Part shown: positions 27,725-38,195 of the stretch, piece after piece
Numbering within the stretch: the stretch's first letter is position 1
How the letters are laid out: each line of letters starts with the position of its first letter
From: Patescibacteria group bacterium
GTDB taxonomy: Bacteria; Patescibacteriota; Minisyncoccia; GWC2-36-17; WO2-46-25
Direction: 5' to 3'
Assembly (NCBI GenBank): GCA_038062295.1
Contig: JBBTXL010000008.1
Location: 1,430 to 65,429, forward strand
Length of the DNA: 64,000 bases
Notes under the pieces: generated by a model
Database searches by the model: none
What the model was told of the DNA's origin: nothing
The model's input: only the letters and a program-made list of their open reading frames with translations
Translations under genes and position numbers: made by a program

Positions 27725-28420
27725 ATGGAAGAAGCTTTATTTACCGTCCTGAAAATCGTTAACTTTATCCTCACTGCTGTTGTGGTCGTGTGGGGGTGGC
27801 GTATGTTTCCGGATATGCGGCTGCGGATGCAGTTTGGCCTGATGTTTTTGTTCTTTTTCCTTTCCACCATACTCTTTGGCGAAGAAGGAGGACGGAACGA
27901 ATGGACTCGTCATACACTTTTTTATGCCGGAGAAATCTTCTTTTATCTGTTTCTGGTAAATCTTATTAAGCGGTACTACCGTGAAGATAAACCTCTGGGG
28001 TCGGGGTTTGTGACGACCACCGGAACATATGCCGCCGCAGCGGGAGGGCCGGCGCTGGTATCGGGCAGCGACGGCATTTCCTGGGTCACGGGCATGTATG
28101 AGTTTCTGACCGAACAGGGATTGCAGCACCTGCTCACGCTTCCGCTCATCATTATCATCATTTACAGCATTGATGTCCGATGGACGAACATGTCCAAAAC
28201 CCTGCGCGGCGTGGTGAACCCGTTTGTTATTGCCGTCATTGGCCTGGTGGCTGCCCATGTTTTTGAATTCATCATTGAAAGCCAGGGGTTCCTGCCGATC
28301 CTGGACGGCGAACCGGTCGAATATATTGAATTTGGGTGCTATTACTTCGGACTTATCTTTTTTGCCGCCGGTATGTACCGGCTAAAGCGGTTTATCTCGG
28401 TGCAGCAAATCGCCGCTTGA
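27725..28420 (+). CDS. Polytopic membrane protein
   Basis: Six to seven hydrophobic segments. Confidence 0.65.
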   Translation: MEEALFTVLKIVNFILTAVVVVWGWRMFPDMRLRMQFGLMFLFFFLSTILFGEEGGRNEWTRHTLFYAGEIFFYLFLVNLIKRYYREDKPLGSGFVTTTGTYAAAAGGPALVSGSDGISWVTGMYEFLTEQGLQHLLTLPLIIIIIYSIDVRWTNMSKTLRGVVNPFVIAVIGLVAAHVFEFIIESQGFLPILDGEPVEYIEFGCYYFGLIFFAAGMYRLKRFISVQQIAA

Positions 28421-28450
28421 CAGGGCGGTTCGGCGCATATCGGTTCTTAC

Positions 28451-31156
28451 ATGGGAAATCAGTGGTATGCAAAAACCTCGCAGGAGGTTTTTGACGCATT
28501 ACAAACGAACGAACACGGGCTGATGAAAGAAGAGGCGGCGCGCCGCCTCGCGGAGCACGGCCCCAATAAACTGCCGGAAGCAAAAGCAGACGGGCATTTC
28601 GTCGTGTTCCTGCGGCAGTTCCAAAGCCCGCTCATCTATGTGCTGCTCGCGGCCGCTGCAGTGGTGTTTGCTATGGGGGAAGTTGCGGACGGCTCCATCA
28701 TTCTCGCCGTACTGGTGTTCAATGCGCTCGTTGGCGTGCTACAGGAAGGAAAAGCGCAAAGCACGCTGCGCGCGCTGAAAACAATGGTGGCGACGACGGC
28801 AACGGTTGTGCGCGACGGGGAAGAATGCATCATCCCCGATACCGAAGCGGTGCTCGGCGATATATTGGTCTTGCAGGAGGGTGAAAAGATTCCGGCGGAT
28901 GCACGCGTTATTGTTTCCCAAAATCTGAAAGTTGACGAAGCGGTGCTGACGGGGGAGTCCAAGCCGGTGCATAAAATGAACGGAGTGCTTGAGCCGGCGG
29001 ATCTGTCGCCGGCGGAGCAGCACAACATTGTGTTCAAGGGAACACATATCGTGGCCGGCAACGGCAGGGCGATCGTGGTTGCAGTGGGCGTGGAAACGCA
29101 TGTCGGAACCATATCGCAGGCGCTCGCGACGATCGATACGGAAATTCCCTTAAAAGGCGATATTCGCTTTTTGTCCCGCGCGGTCATTTCCGTCGTGGCG
29201 GTCTTTGGCGTTTCGCTTTTTATGGTCGGCATTGCGCTCGGAAAAACAGCGCGGGAGATGTTCACCACCATCGTGTCGCTTTCGGTATCCGTCATTCCCG
29301 AAGGGCTGCCTATCGTGCTGACGCTGATATTAGCAGGTGGGGTGTGGCGGATGAGCAAGCGCAATGCGCTCGTGAAAAAATTGCAGGCGGTAGAGGCGCT
29401 TGGGCAGGCGCGCGTCATTGCGGTAGACAAAACCGGAACTATCACCAAGAACGAAATGACCGTGCGTGAGGCGTATGTGGACGGAAAGACGTTTGCCGTG
29501 AGCGGTGTCGGGTATGAACCGGACGGCGAGGTGACGTTGGATGGGGGAGTGGTGGACCCACCCAATCATCCGGAGCTGTTGGTTGCCGGCAAGATTGCCG
29601 CGTTCTGTGCCGGTGCGCGTGTGGTGTTTCAAGAAGACACCCGGCGCTGGCGTGTCGCGGGCGACCCGACGGAAGCGGCGCTGTTGGTATTTTCCCGGAA
29701 GCTGGGGTACCACAAGGACGATCTGGAACGGGAGTCGCCGCTGGTTGGCGAGATCCCGTTTGACTACCGGCTGAAATATCACGCGACGGTTCATGCGGGC
29801 GACGCTGAACAGATGTGTGCGGTGGTGGGCGCGCCCGAAGTCATCCTGGGTCTTTCCGAGAACGTGTGGCGTGGCGGAAAAATAGACCCGTTGTCTGCGG
29901 AAGAAAAGCGGGAGCTGGAGTCGGTGTTTATCCGTATGTCCGAGGGCGGACTGCGGGTTGTGGCGCTGGCGGAGCGCCGGTTTGCGCCGCGCGTTTCCGC
30001 CGAAGGCGCGCAGCTTCCCCCCGAGCCGTTCGGGAGCGGGGAAGTGGTGTCGCTTGCCTTCGTCGGGTTTCTGGGTATACAGGATGCGTTAAGGCCGGAA
30101 GTCAAGGATGCGTTAGAGCGCGCCGTTTCCGCCGGCATGCGGGTGGTGATGATCACGGGCGACCACACCGTGACGGCGCATGCCATCGCCAAAGAGGCGG
30201 GTATCTGGCGTGAGGGTGATACCATCCTGACCGGGAGCCACATTGACGCGCTGTCCGACGTGCAACTCGAAACGTTGCTGGCGCACACATCGGTGTTCGC
30301 GCGTGTTACTCCCGAACACAAGCTCCGTATCATCCGGGCGTTCAAAGCGCGCAAGGAGATCATCGCGATGACGGGCGACGGAGTGAACGACGCGCCGTCC
30401 TTGGTGGCCGCCGACCTCGGCGTTGCCATGGGGGGCATCGGCACGGAAGTTGCGAAAGAAGCGGCGGATATTGTTTTACTGGACGACAACTTTGGCAGTA
30501 TTGTATCGGCGGTGGAGGAAGGGCGAAGCATTTATAAGACCATCAAAAAGGTTATTTTGTATCTTTTTTCCACGAGCGTCGGCGAGGTACTTGCCATCAC
30601 CGGCGCGTTGTTGTTGGGTTATCCGTTGCCGCTGTTAGCCGCGCAGATCATCTGGCTCAATTTTGTAACCGACGGATTTTTGGACGTGGCGCTTGCGATG
30701 GAACCGAAGGAAAAAGGGCTGCTGTCGGGGTCGTTCGTCAGGCCGAAACGCTTTATGGTGGACGCGCTGATGGCGCGGCGCATCGTGCTCATGGCGCTGC
30801 CCATGATGGTCGGTACGCTGTTGTTATTCCAGAATTTTATTGCCGACGACATGACGAAAGCATGGACCATCGCGCTCACGACGCTTGCCGTGTTTCAATG
30901 GTTCAATGCCTGGAACTGCCGCTCGGAGCGCGAGTCGCTGTTTGCCGTGAGCCCGTTCACGAACCCGTATCTCATCGGCGCGACGGCGGTCGTTATCGTG
31001 CTGCAGCTGCTTGCGGTGTACCATCCCGCGTTTCAGGCATTCTTGCACACGACGCCACTTTCGCTCGCGGAGTGGCTCGTTATCATCCCCGTCGCGTTCT
31101 CCATTGTTATCGTGGAAGAGGTAAGAAAGTTCTTTTTCCGCAGGACGGCGGCATAG
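28451..31156 (+). CDS. Cation-transporting P-type ATPase (type IIA-like)
   Basis: TGES, PEGL, DKTGT, TGDH, TGDGVNDAP. Confidence 0.95.
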   Translation: MGNQWYAKTSQEVFDALQTNEHGLMKEEAARRLAEHGPNKLPEAKADGHFVVFLRQFQSPLIYVLLAAAAVVFAMGEVADGSIILAVLVFNALVGVLQEGKAQSTLRALKTMVATTATVVRDGEECIIPDTEAVLGDILVLQEGEKIPADARVIVSQNLKVDEAVLTGESKPVHKMNGVLEPADLSPAEQHNIVFKGTHIVAGNGRAIVVAVGVETHVGTISQALATIDTEIPLKGDIRFLSRAVISVVAVFGVSLFMVGIALGKTAREMFTTIVSLSVSVIPEGLPIVLTLILAGGVWRMSKRNALVKKLQAVEALGQARVIAVDKTGTITKNEMTVREAYVDGKTFAVSGVGYEPDGEVTLDGGVVDPPNHPELLVAGKIAAFCAGARVVFQEDTRRWRVAGDPTEAALLVFSRKLGYHKDDLERESPLVGEIPFDYRLKYHATVHAGDAEQMCAVVGAPEVILGLSENVWRGGKIDPLSAEEKRELESVFIRMSEGGLRVVALAERRFAPRVSAEGAQLPPEPFGSGEVVSLAFVGFLGIQDALRPEVKDALERAVSAGMRVVMITGDHTVTAHAIAKEAGIWREGDTILTGSHIDALSDVQLETLLAHTSVFARVTPEHKLRIIRAFKARKEIIAMTGDGVNDAPSLVAADLGVAMGGIGTEVAKEAADIVLLDDNFGSIVSAVEEGRSIYKTIKKVILYLFSTSVGEVLAITGALLLGYPLPLLAAQIIWLNFVTDGFLDVALAMEPKEKGLLSGSFVRPKRFMVDALMARRIVLMALPMMVGTLLLFQNFIADDMTKAWTIALTTLAVFQWFNAWNCRSERESLFAVSPFTNPYLIGATAVVIVLQLLAVYHPAFQAFLHTTPLSLAEWLVIIPVAFSIVIVEEVRKFFFRRTAA

Positions 31157-31274
31157 CAGTGCACCTTTCCCACAGAATCTTGACGGAACAAAAAAAGTAT
31201 GATACTATTGCAATGCTGAAAACGGCATTGTTTTCTTTAACAGACGAATACAAACTAAGGAAAGGGGGTGTGTC

Positions 31275-31496
31275 GTGCGCACTAAGAGAGGAGAAGGACA
31301 AAATAAATTCCTGCCGCCGTTTGATAGAAAAAAGGCGGAAAAGCTTCATAGTATTCTTATACAGCTGATTGGATCCCCCTATTCTTTCAGGCGCGTAATA
31401 AGTGCGCTGGAAGATATACTGCACAGGCCTTCCTGTATCAGAAAATGTGACGTTGTTTTACAAAAAGAGATTTTCGATGCGATAGAAAAACTTTAA
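31275..31496 (+). CDS. Small hypothetical protein
   Basis: SD-like AAAGGGGGTG before GTG; promoter-like TTGACG..TACTAT upstream. Confidence 0.45.
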   Translation: MRTKRGEGQNKFLPPFDRKKAEKLHSILIQLIGSPYSFRRVISALEDILHRPSCIRKCDVVLQKEIFDAIEKL

Positions 31497-31508
31497 ACGG
31501 AGGTGTCC

Positions 31509-31697
31509 ATGGAAAAAATCGCGCACGATGTTCGGGAGGACGGCGACCGCTACGAACGACTCACCTGCCACTCGCCGCAGTGCGGTGAGGCGGCCGTTGT
31601 CCGCCAGCCCCACATGGGGGAGGGGCAGTGGGAAAGGGCTCGGCAAGACTTTCTCACAGAACACCCTGTAGCATTGGTGGTAGTGGGGTGTGAATAA
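31509..31697 (+). CDS. Small hypothetical protein
   Basis: SD GGAGGTG; terminator hairpin follows. Confidence 0.5.
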   Translation: MEKIAHDVREDGDRYERLTCHSPQCGEAAVVRQPHMGEGQWERARQDFLTEHPVALVVVGCE

Positions 31698-31788
31698 TAA
31701 ACGCCCCAAAGCCCGACGAAATCAGTCGGGCTTTTTCATTTGACATATTGCCTAGAGATGCCATAGTTGGGGTGAAAGGAGGTGCGCC

Positions 31789-32343
31789 GTGGAAGAACCA
31801 CAGACGCAGGAAATGCCGGAAATACGGGAAACACGAGAAGAAAAGGTCCTTCATAATGCGGTAGTGGTCCTTTTATTCCGCGCCGGGAAAATTCTCCTGG
31901 CACTCAAGACCAAAAAGATCGGAGCCGGTTTTTTGAACGGCTACGGCGGCGGCATTGAGGAGTTGGAAACGCCCCGTCAGACAGCAGTACGGGAACTTGC
32001 GGAGGAGGTTGGTCTCGACGTTGCATCAGAACACTTGATGAAAGTCGGCGACCTATATTTTCTCAACACCATGTTGAACGGTGAAACGTTTGAGTGCCGC
32101 GTACGTATCTATTGCTCATGGAAATGGGCAGGGGAGCCGCGTGAGACCGAAACCATGAAACAACCGACTTGGTTCCCGATGCGGGAAATGCCGTACGAGC
32201 GGATGATGCCTGCCGACCGTATTTGGTTTCCCATTGTTCTTTCGGGAAAAAAAGTAAGGGGGAAGTTCCCTTACGGCCCGTTCCAGCAAGAGCTGATTGG
32301 AGATTATGTCATCGAGGAAGTAGAATCGTTCCTCGAAGACTAA
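31789..32343 (+). CDS. NUDIX hydrolase (MTH1-like)
   Basis: NGYGGGIEELETPRQTAVRELAEEVGL; MPADRIWFP. Confidence 0.85.
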   Translation: MEEPQTQEMPEIRETREEKVLHNAVVVLLFRAGKILLALKTKKIGAGFLNGYGGGIEELETPRQTAVRELAEEVGLDVASEHLMKVGDLYFLNTMLNGETFECRVRIYCSWKWAGEPRETETMKQPTWFPMREMPYERMMPADRIWFPIVLSGKKVRGKFPYGPFQQELIGDYVIEEVESFLED

Positions 32344-32412
32344 CGTCCCGATGTTGTATCGGGGCGTTTTTTTTGTTGTGACGCGGTTGATTTCGTCATA
32401 TAATACAGTGAG

Positions 32413-33573
32413 ATGAGCAGATCAGCTGTCATAAAGATTCTATTAGTCGTTGTCGTGCTTGGTGCGGTCTATGTTGCCGCAACGAGCGAACCGCGCGTGA
32501 GCCGGTCGCTGCCTGCGGCCGTTGCGCCGGTAACGGACGGCATTAACGCTGTGAAAGAACCGGAAGCGAAAGTCCCTCCCGTATCCGTCGTTGCCGACCA
32601 TTTGGAAATTCCCTGGAGCATGGTGTTTCTGCCCGGTGGCAGCATGTTGTTTACCGAGCGTGCGGGCGCGGTGCGCCTTATTCCGGTTGGGGGGACGCTT
32701 ATGGAAGAACCTGTGGCGCGCATTGCGGGGGTGAAGCACATCGGCGAAGGAGGATTGTTGGGCATCGCGTTGCATCCGAACTTTGCGGAGAATAACTTCG
32801 TCTATTTGTATTACACGTATAGTGATTCCGGCAACAACACGCTCAATCGCGTGTCACGCTTCACCTTTGGGTACGGCGCGTTCTCCAGCGAGCGCATTGT
32901 GGTAGATGCTATTCCCGGAGCGTCGAACCACAACGGCGGGCGGCTCGCGTTCGGTCCCGACGGTTTTTTGTATATTACGACGGGAGACGCACAGGAACCG
33001 TCGCAAGCGCAAAACACCCAGTCGCTTGCGGGAAAAATTCTGCGGGTGACCGATGAGGGGAAAGCGGCGCCGGGGAACACGTTTGAAAACAGGGTGTATT
33101 CGTACGGGCATCGCAATCCGCAGGGGCTTGCGTGGGACGCAGAGGGGCAGTTGTGGGCAACGGAGCATGGCCGCTCGGGCGTATTGTCGGGGTATGATGA
33201 GCTGAACAAAATAGAACGGGGGAGAAATTACGGATGGCCGGTCATCCAGGGCAACGAAACGGCGGAAGGCATGGAACGGCCGGTGCTGCACTCGGGCGCG
33301 ACCAAGACCTGGGCGCCCGGGGGCATGGCGTTTGCGGACAATGCGCTCTATTTTGCGGGCTTGCGGGGTACCGCGCTGTATGAAGTGCGCGTTTCCGGCG
33401 CGTCGGTGATGTTCTCGGAATATTTTAAAAATGAGTTCGGCCGGCTGCGGGATGCAGTGTGGGGGCCCGACGGATTTTTGTACATCGCAACCAGCAATCG
33501 CGACGGCAGGGGAGAACCCATATCGGAAGACGACCGGATACTAAAAATAGATATCAAACAGCTTGGGAAGTAG
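32413..33573 (+). CDS. PQQ-dependent glucose/sorbosone dehydrogenase family protein
   Basis: GEGGLLGIALHP, HNGGRLAFGPDG, YGHRNPQG. Confidence 0.92.
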   Translation: MSRSAVIKILLVVVVLGAVYVAATSEPRVSRSLPAAVAPVTDGINAVKEPEAKVPPVSVVADHLEIPWSMVFLPGGSMLFTERAGAVRLIPVGGTLMEEPVARIAGVKHIGEGGLLGIALHPNFAENNFVYLYYTYSDSGNNTLNRVSRFTFGYGAFSSERIVVDAIPGASNHNGGRLAFGPDGFLYITTGDAQEPSQAQNTQSLAGKILRVTDEGKAAPGNTFENRVYSYGHRNPQGLAWDAEGQLWATEHGRSGVLSGYDELNKIERGRNYGWPVIQGNETAEGMERPVLHSGATKTWAPGGMAFADNALYFAGLRGTALYEVRVSGASVMFSEYFKNEFGRLRDAVWGPDGFLYIATSNRDGRGEPISEDDRILKIDIKQLGK

Positions 33574-33576
33574 CGT

Positions 33577-34623
33577 ATGCGCGGGTTTCTTTCTATTTTT
33601 TTGGTCGCATCCGTTACGGTGATTCTCACCTTCGCTCTCGGCGCCGCATTCCATATGCGGGTACCGGTTTCCATGTCTGTGCCGGAACAGCAGGAAGTGG
33701 AGGCATTATCCGAACCAACGCACCCACTGCAAATTGCCGCACTGCGCGCGGGTATATACCCGGGAAGCAACATTACGGTTGAGCGGACGCTTGAAAAGGG
33801 GAGCAACTATTCTCGGCAGGTCGTTTCGTATCAGTCGGATGGACTGAAAATATACGCACTTCTAACGGTGCCGAACGGTATCGCGCCTGAAGGCGGCTGG
33901 CCGGTTATTATTTTCAACCACGGTTACATTCCGCCCAAACAGTACAAAACAACGGAGCGCTATGTCGCGTATGTGGATGGGTTTGCAAAAGCCGGCTATA
34001 TCGTATTGAAGCCCGACTACCGCGGCCACGGCGACTCGGAAGGGGAGCCGGAGGGGGCGTACTATTCCCCGGCGTATACGGTGGATGTGCTGAACGCCGT
34101 CGCATCCATGAAGAAATTCCCGGGAGCAAACCCGGAAAAGCTTGGCATGTGGGGGCATTCCATGGGTGGCCACATCACGTTGCGGGTCATGGTTGTTTCC
34201 AGAGATGTAAAAGCAGGAGTGATATGGGGAGGGGTGGTCGGTTCGTACCAAGACATGATGGAGCGCTGGCACCGCCGCACGCCGTGGCAGCCGTCGGAGC
34301 GCGAGAGCAACTTAGCGCGCCGCCCGACGCGAGCGGAACTGATAGAAACCTTCGGCGACTTTGAAAGCAATCCTGACTTTTGGAAATCCATTTCGCCGAT
34401 AGACCATGTTGTGGATATTTCAGGGCCTGTAGCGTTGCACCACGGCCTTGCGGATGAATCGGTGCCGTGGGAGTTCTCGCAGATCTTACGCGATGCGCTT
34501 ACAGCGGCGGGCAAAACGGTGCAATATTACACCTACACGGGCGCCGACCACAATCTTTCGGGCGCCGCGTTCGCGCCTGCCATGCGCCGCTCGGTTGAAT
34601 TTTTTGACAAGTATGTAAAGTAA
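33577..34623 (+). CDS. Alpha/beta hydrolase (S9 peptidase-like), membrane-anchored
   Basis: DYRGHG, GHSMGG, D-x-x-V, GADH. Confidence 0.88.
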   Translation: MRGFLSIFLVASVTVILTFALGAAFHMRVPVSMSVPEQQEVEALSEPTHPLQIAALRAGIYPGSNITVERTLEKGSNYSRQVVSYQSDGLKIYALLTVPNGIAPEGGWPVIIFNHGYIPPKQYKTTERYVAYVDGFAKAGYIVLKPDYRGHGDSEGEPEGAYYSPAYTVDVLNAVASMKKFPGANPEKLGMWGHSMGGHITLRVMVVSRDVKAGVIWGGVVGSYQDMMERWHRRTPWQPSERESNLARRPTRAELIETFGDFESNPDFWKSISPIDHVVDISGPVALHHGLADESVPWEFSQILRDALTAAGKTVQYYTYTGADHNLSGAAFAPAMRRSVEFFDKYVK

Positions 34624-34654
34624 AACACCCGCCAAGTTTTCTGAACGGGTGTTT

Positions 34655-34882
34655 TTATTCTATGCGAGTGCTCTTTCTTTTCGCGTTCACGCGCCGCGCA
34701 TATTCAGGTGGCAATGGGGATATGCGGTTTCCGATAATAACATGATCTATAATATTCCCGCACGAAGGACACCGCCAGTAGTACTTTATTTTTTCACCCG
34801 ATTCGTTCGCTGTCTCGTTGTCGTGGTAGAGCATGATGCTCTTGCATCGAGTGCAGTCCATACCATTCGGAGTTGTTCCCAT
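34655..34882 (-). CDS. Small Zn-ribbon protein
   Basis: CTRC...WRCPSCGNIID. Confidence 0.6.
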   Translation of the reverse strand: MGTTPNGMDCTRCKSIMLYHDNETANESGEKIKYYWRCPSCGNIIDHVIIGNRISPLPPEYARRVNAKRKSTRIE

Positions 34883-35095
34883 AGGCGCCTCCCCAGGTTG
34901 TTAAATATCCGATTTTTATTCTTGTTTTGTATCATATCTCTTACGTTTCGTCAATAATCATGGTATAATCATGGTGGTAACATTTCTCTTGAGTGCTGCA
35001 TTGTAAAGAGTACCACAAGGTCGCAGTATCCATTTTAAATTAAGCAGGAGGAGGGGTGTAATATATCAAAATACAGCACCCCTCCTCCCCCAGTA

Positions 35096-35692
35096 ATGTT
35101 TGTGCGCGCATCACAGATACCGAAAGACCTTGCCGAACAAAGCGATGAAAAGTTGCTTGCGGCGTCACGCGAAACGCCGGCGGTTTTCTCGGTATTGGTG
35201 AGCCGGTATCAGGAGGCGTTTTTGCGCAAGGGAAGGAGTATCCTCGCGAGGCAGGAAGACGCGGAAGATGCCGTGCAAGAGTCGTTCGTGAAGATCTACA
35301 TCAACGCTCATACCTTTACGCCGCGGGAAGGGGCATCGTTCAAATCATGGGCGTATCGCATTCTTTTAAATGAATGCTTCGCACGGTACCGGCGTATGAA
35401 AACAGAGCGGGAGTTTGCAAGCGGGGTTGACCAGGAGATGCTGGCGTTTCTCCCCGATGAGCGCATGGTGCGCGAACGCACGCAGGCGCTTGACGCCGAC
35501 TATGTACTCTCGCTGTTATCGCGGATCCCGGAGGTGTTCCGGCAGGTGCTGACACTGCATTTTTTAAAAGACAAGTCACAGCGGGATATTGCCCGGGAAC
35601 TCGGTATTTCCGAAGGCGCCGTACGCACGCGGGTGCACCGCGCAAAAGAAGCGCTCCAAAAAGAGCGCGAACGATTGGAATGTATCACATAA
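35096..35692 (+). CDS. ECF RNA polymerase sigma factor
   Basis: DAEDAVQESFVKIY, FKSWAYRI, IARELGISEGAVRTRVHRAK. Confidence 0.92.
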   Translation: MFVRASQIPKDLAEQSDEKLLAASRETPAVFSVLVSRYQEAFLRKGRSILARQEDAEDAVQESFVKIYINAHTFTPREGASFKSWAYRILLNECFARYRRMKTEREFASGVDQEMLAFLPDERMVRERTQALDADYVLSLLSRIPEVFRQVLTLHFLKDKSQRDIARELGISEGAVRTRVHRAKEALQKERERLECIT

Positions 35693-35696
35693 TATT

Positions 35697-36047
35697 ATGA
35701 CTGAAGAACAATTGCATCGCATCATCATGCGAAGGGTGTATGCTGTATTTTTTCTGCGGGAGCTTGCTTCGTCGTTGTGGGTGAAAGCGGCGGCGCTCGC
35801 GGTGTTGGTTGCCGCAAGCGCACTCGTAGTGTCGGTTGCTGACGTCTTCGCCAATATGCCGGGCGTGAACGAGCCGGCTGCGCTCTACGGCTTTTTCACC
35901 TACGCGTTTTTACAAACCGAGTACGCCGTGCAGGCGCTGGCGCTTGGTATTGCGGTGCTTACCGCCTTCATCGGCAGGGAAGTGGCGGTGCGTGCGGTAC
36001 GGCAGAGCCGGCATATTCCACTCGCGTTTGCCCGCATGCGGCATTAA
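35697..36047 (+). CDS. Membrane protein, putative anti-sigma partner
   Basis: Directly after ECF gene; two TM segments. Confidence 0.55.
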   Translation: MTEEQLHRIIMRRVYAVFFLRELASSLWVKAAALAVLVAASALVVSVADVFANMPGVNEPAALYGFFTYAFLQTEYAVQALALGIAVLTAFIGREVAVRAVRQSRHIPLAFARMRH

Positions 36048-36063
36048 TCTTTTTCAAAGACAG

Positions 36064-36103
36064 AAAAAAGCCCATCCCGATGATTTTTCGGAATGGGCTT
36101 TTT
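36064..36103. terminator. Bidirectional terminator
   Basis: AAAAAAGCCCAT...ATGGGCTTTTT between convergent genes. Confidence 0.7.
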
Positions 36104-36145
36104 AGGGTTTTTTTCGTGACGGTTGGCGTTGTGTCAAGACGGGCG

Positions 36146-37183
36146 TCACGGTTTTTTGACAGAAGGAGGAGGTAATCCCGGCATATGTTCAACCAGCGTT
36201 TCCCATATCTCCTTAGTCCCCAATTTGTTGCATGCGGACGTGTATAGCTGGGAAATCCTGCTCTCTGTGACCCCGAGCACTTTCCCGGTTTCTTTCATGG
36301 TGCGCGGCGGACCGGAAAAACCACAGTATAGGTCAAGAACCCGCCGTTCGCTCGGTGAGAGCTTGGGGTGGGTGCGAAGCCGGTGTACTGCCGCTTCGAA
36401 TTCGACGTTCGCCATGTCATCGAAGGCGGTAGTAGTATCAGTAGGAATGAAGCGATACAGGTTCTCTCCCTCTCCGCTTTCCATCTCTTGAAGTTCGTCA
36501 AGAGAAACAGCGGGTTTCCGGATTCTCACAATGGCAAGTACTTCGTAGACCTTGTCAACCGGCATATCGATGCAGGCGGCAATATCCTCAATGGCGGGCT
36601 CTGTTTCGCGTTCGGTCCACAGCAGGCGTTGCGCGCGTTCTATTTTTGCCAATGCTTCGAGGACACTGCGCGGCAACGGCGAGGAACTGCGGATAACGTC
36701 CAGTATGGTGCCCCGAATGCGATACTCCAGATAGGTGGTGAGTGCGGTACCCCGTTCTTTGTCAAAACGGCGCACCGTCTCATTTGCTTCCAGAAAACAC
36801 TCCTGGAGAACATCATTATGGTCAATGGCGGGGTCAAGGATCGCGCGCTGGAGCGTTCGCCTATTGCCTCCGAACACCATCTTTTTCACTAACTGCAGGT
36901 GAGCATCCGTCAATAACCATCCATTGCCGGAAGCGCCGGGTTCGGGCGGCAGTATCTCATGAGAGTTAGTGATTCCGATCAGGTCTTCCACCTCTTGTAT
37001 CGTTTTTAATGCATCATCTTTTTTGCATACGGTACGGAGCTCCCGAAGCAAGTCCTCCCGGGTCCTGCCAGAAAGGTCCGCGACGGTTAAAACGCCGATA
37101 CCCCACAAACGCATGAGGGAGGTATCGGAAAGCCCCAGTGTTTCAATGCTGGCATGCATCTCAACGGCATCTCCTTGTTCCAT
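36146..37183 (-). CDS. FliA/WhiG-like sigma-70 factor with N-terminal RNAP alpha-CTD-like domain
   Basis: SIETLGLS...GVLTVADL...EDLL; FDKERGTALTTYLEYRIRGTILD; GVTESRISQL. Confidence 0.75.
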   Translation of the reverse strand: MEQGDAVEMHASIETLGLSDTSLMRLWGIGVLTVADLSGRTREDLLRELRTVCKKDDALKTIQEVEDLIGITNSHEILPPEPGASGNGWLLTDAHLQLVKKMVFGGNRRTLQRAILDPAIDHNDVLQECFLEANETVRRFDKERGTALTTYLEYRIRGTILDVIRSSSPLPRSVLEALAKIERAQRLLWTERETEPAIEDIAACIDMPVDKVYEVLAIVRIRKPAVSLDELQEMESGEGENLYRFIPTDTTTAFDDMANVEFEAAVHRLRTHPKLSPSERRVLDLYCGFSGPPRTMKETGKVLGVTESRISQLYTSACNKLGTKEIWETLVEHMPGLPPPSVKKP

Positions 37184-37306
37184 GCGTTCCTCCTTTCAGA
37201 AGGGTATGAACTTGTTAAAGGCCGGTATCCCGCATTGACTTTCATGCGGTAATACTGTAGTACACCATTTAGAAGCTCTTTACAAGAGGGAAAGGGGGTG
37301 TGTGTT

Positions 37307-38188
37307 ATGGTGCGCGGAGCGCAGAAAGAAAAGGATGGTATCGGCAAGGATGGGCCGTATTGCCAGATCGCGAAGAATCGCATATCCGCGAAACATTGCG
37401 GAAAGATCCAGGGGCAGGAAGGTTGTTTCGGTTGTGCGGCGCCGACCCGGCGGTGCGAAAGTTGTGAGGAACACATGGTTGAAATTCCCGAGGTCGGCAT
37501 GTGTACGCAGTGTTGCAAGCGGGAACTCGCGCAAGAGGAGCGCGAGGAAAAGAAGCGGAAAGAACCGCTGGAGGACCCCTGCAAGCTCTGCATGAAACGG
37601 CCGCGCCGTTTCAAGCGGTCCAGGCTGTGTCTGCGGTGCCATCATGAACGGTATGCCGCAGGAGATTTCTCCATGTCGTTGCCGGCGGACGTTCGGAAAA
37701 AGCCGTTCCCTCAAAAACGCGGCAGAAAGAAGCGGGAATTTGACCTTGTAACAGCCATCGCAGAAGCTGAACAGGGCATTCTCTCGGGCGGCATTACTAC
37801 GGTTACCCAGTTGTACCGGCGCCTGCGTCAACCAAAAGACAAAAAATACTGGGAGTTGGTGTTGCGGAAGTTTCAGAAAAAGGGACTCGCACAAGAACCC
37901 AAAAGTCGGGGCGGGCGGTGGAAGCTCCTTGTTCCGGAACAGTTTCAGAAACAAAAGAAGAAGCGGGGGAACCGGGTTCCCATGCCGTCCACGACAGTGG
38001 CGTTGACATCGAGACTTCTCTGGATGACGCGGAATTTTTTTGAAAGCGGCGGTGCGCCAGTAGCGATACTCCAAGAGGCGGTTCGCGAGCTCAAAAAGTT
38101 CCGGCACATGAAAAAAGTGCTCGCTCGCCAAATGCGCGAGTGGGACAAGAAGGGATTTCTCACGGATAAAAAGCAAAAAGGAGTATGA
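37307..38188 (+). CDS. Cys-rich basic hypothetical protein
   Basis: Multiple CxxC pairs; SD-like AAAGGGGGTG. Confidence 0.55.
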   Translation: MVRGAQKEKDGIGKDGPYCQIAKNRISAKHCGKIQGQEGCFGCAAPTRRCESCEEHMVEIPEVGMCTQCCKRELAQEEREEKKRKEPLEDPCKLCMKRPRRFKRSRLCLRCHHERYAAGDFSMSLPADVRKKPFPQKRGRKKREFDLVTAIAEAEQGILSGGITTVTQLYRRLRQPKDKKYWELVLRKFQKKGLAQEPKSRGGRWKLLVPEQFQKQKKKRGNRVPMPSTTVALTSRLLWMTRNFFESGGAPVAILQEAVRELKKFRHMKKVLARQMREWDKKGFLTDKKQKGV

Positions 38189-38195
38189 TCAATGA

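Noticed and set aside
37280-38176. 298-aa minus-strand ORF
   Set aside because: Antisense to the SD-led Cys-rich ORF; no recognisable motifs
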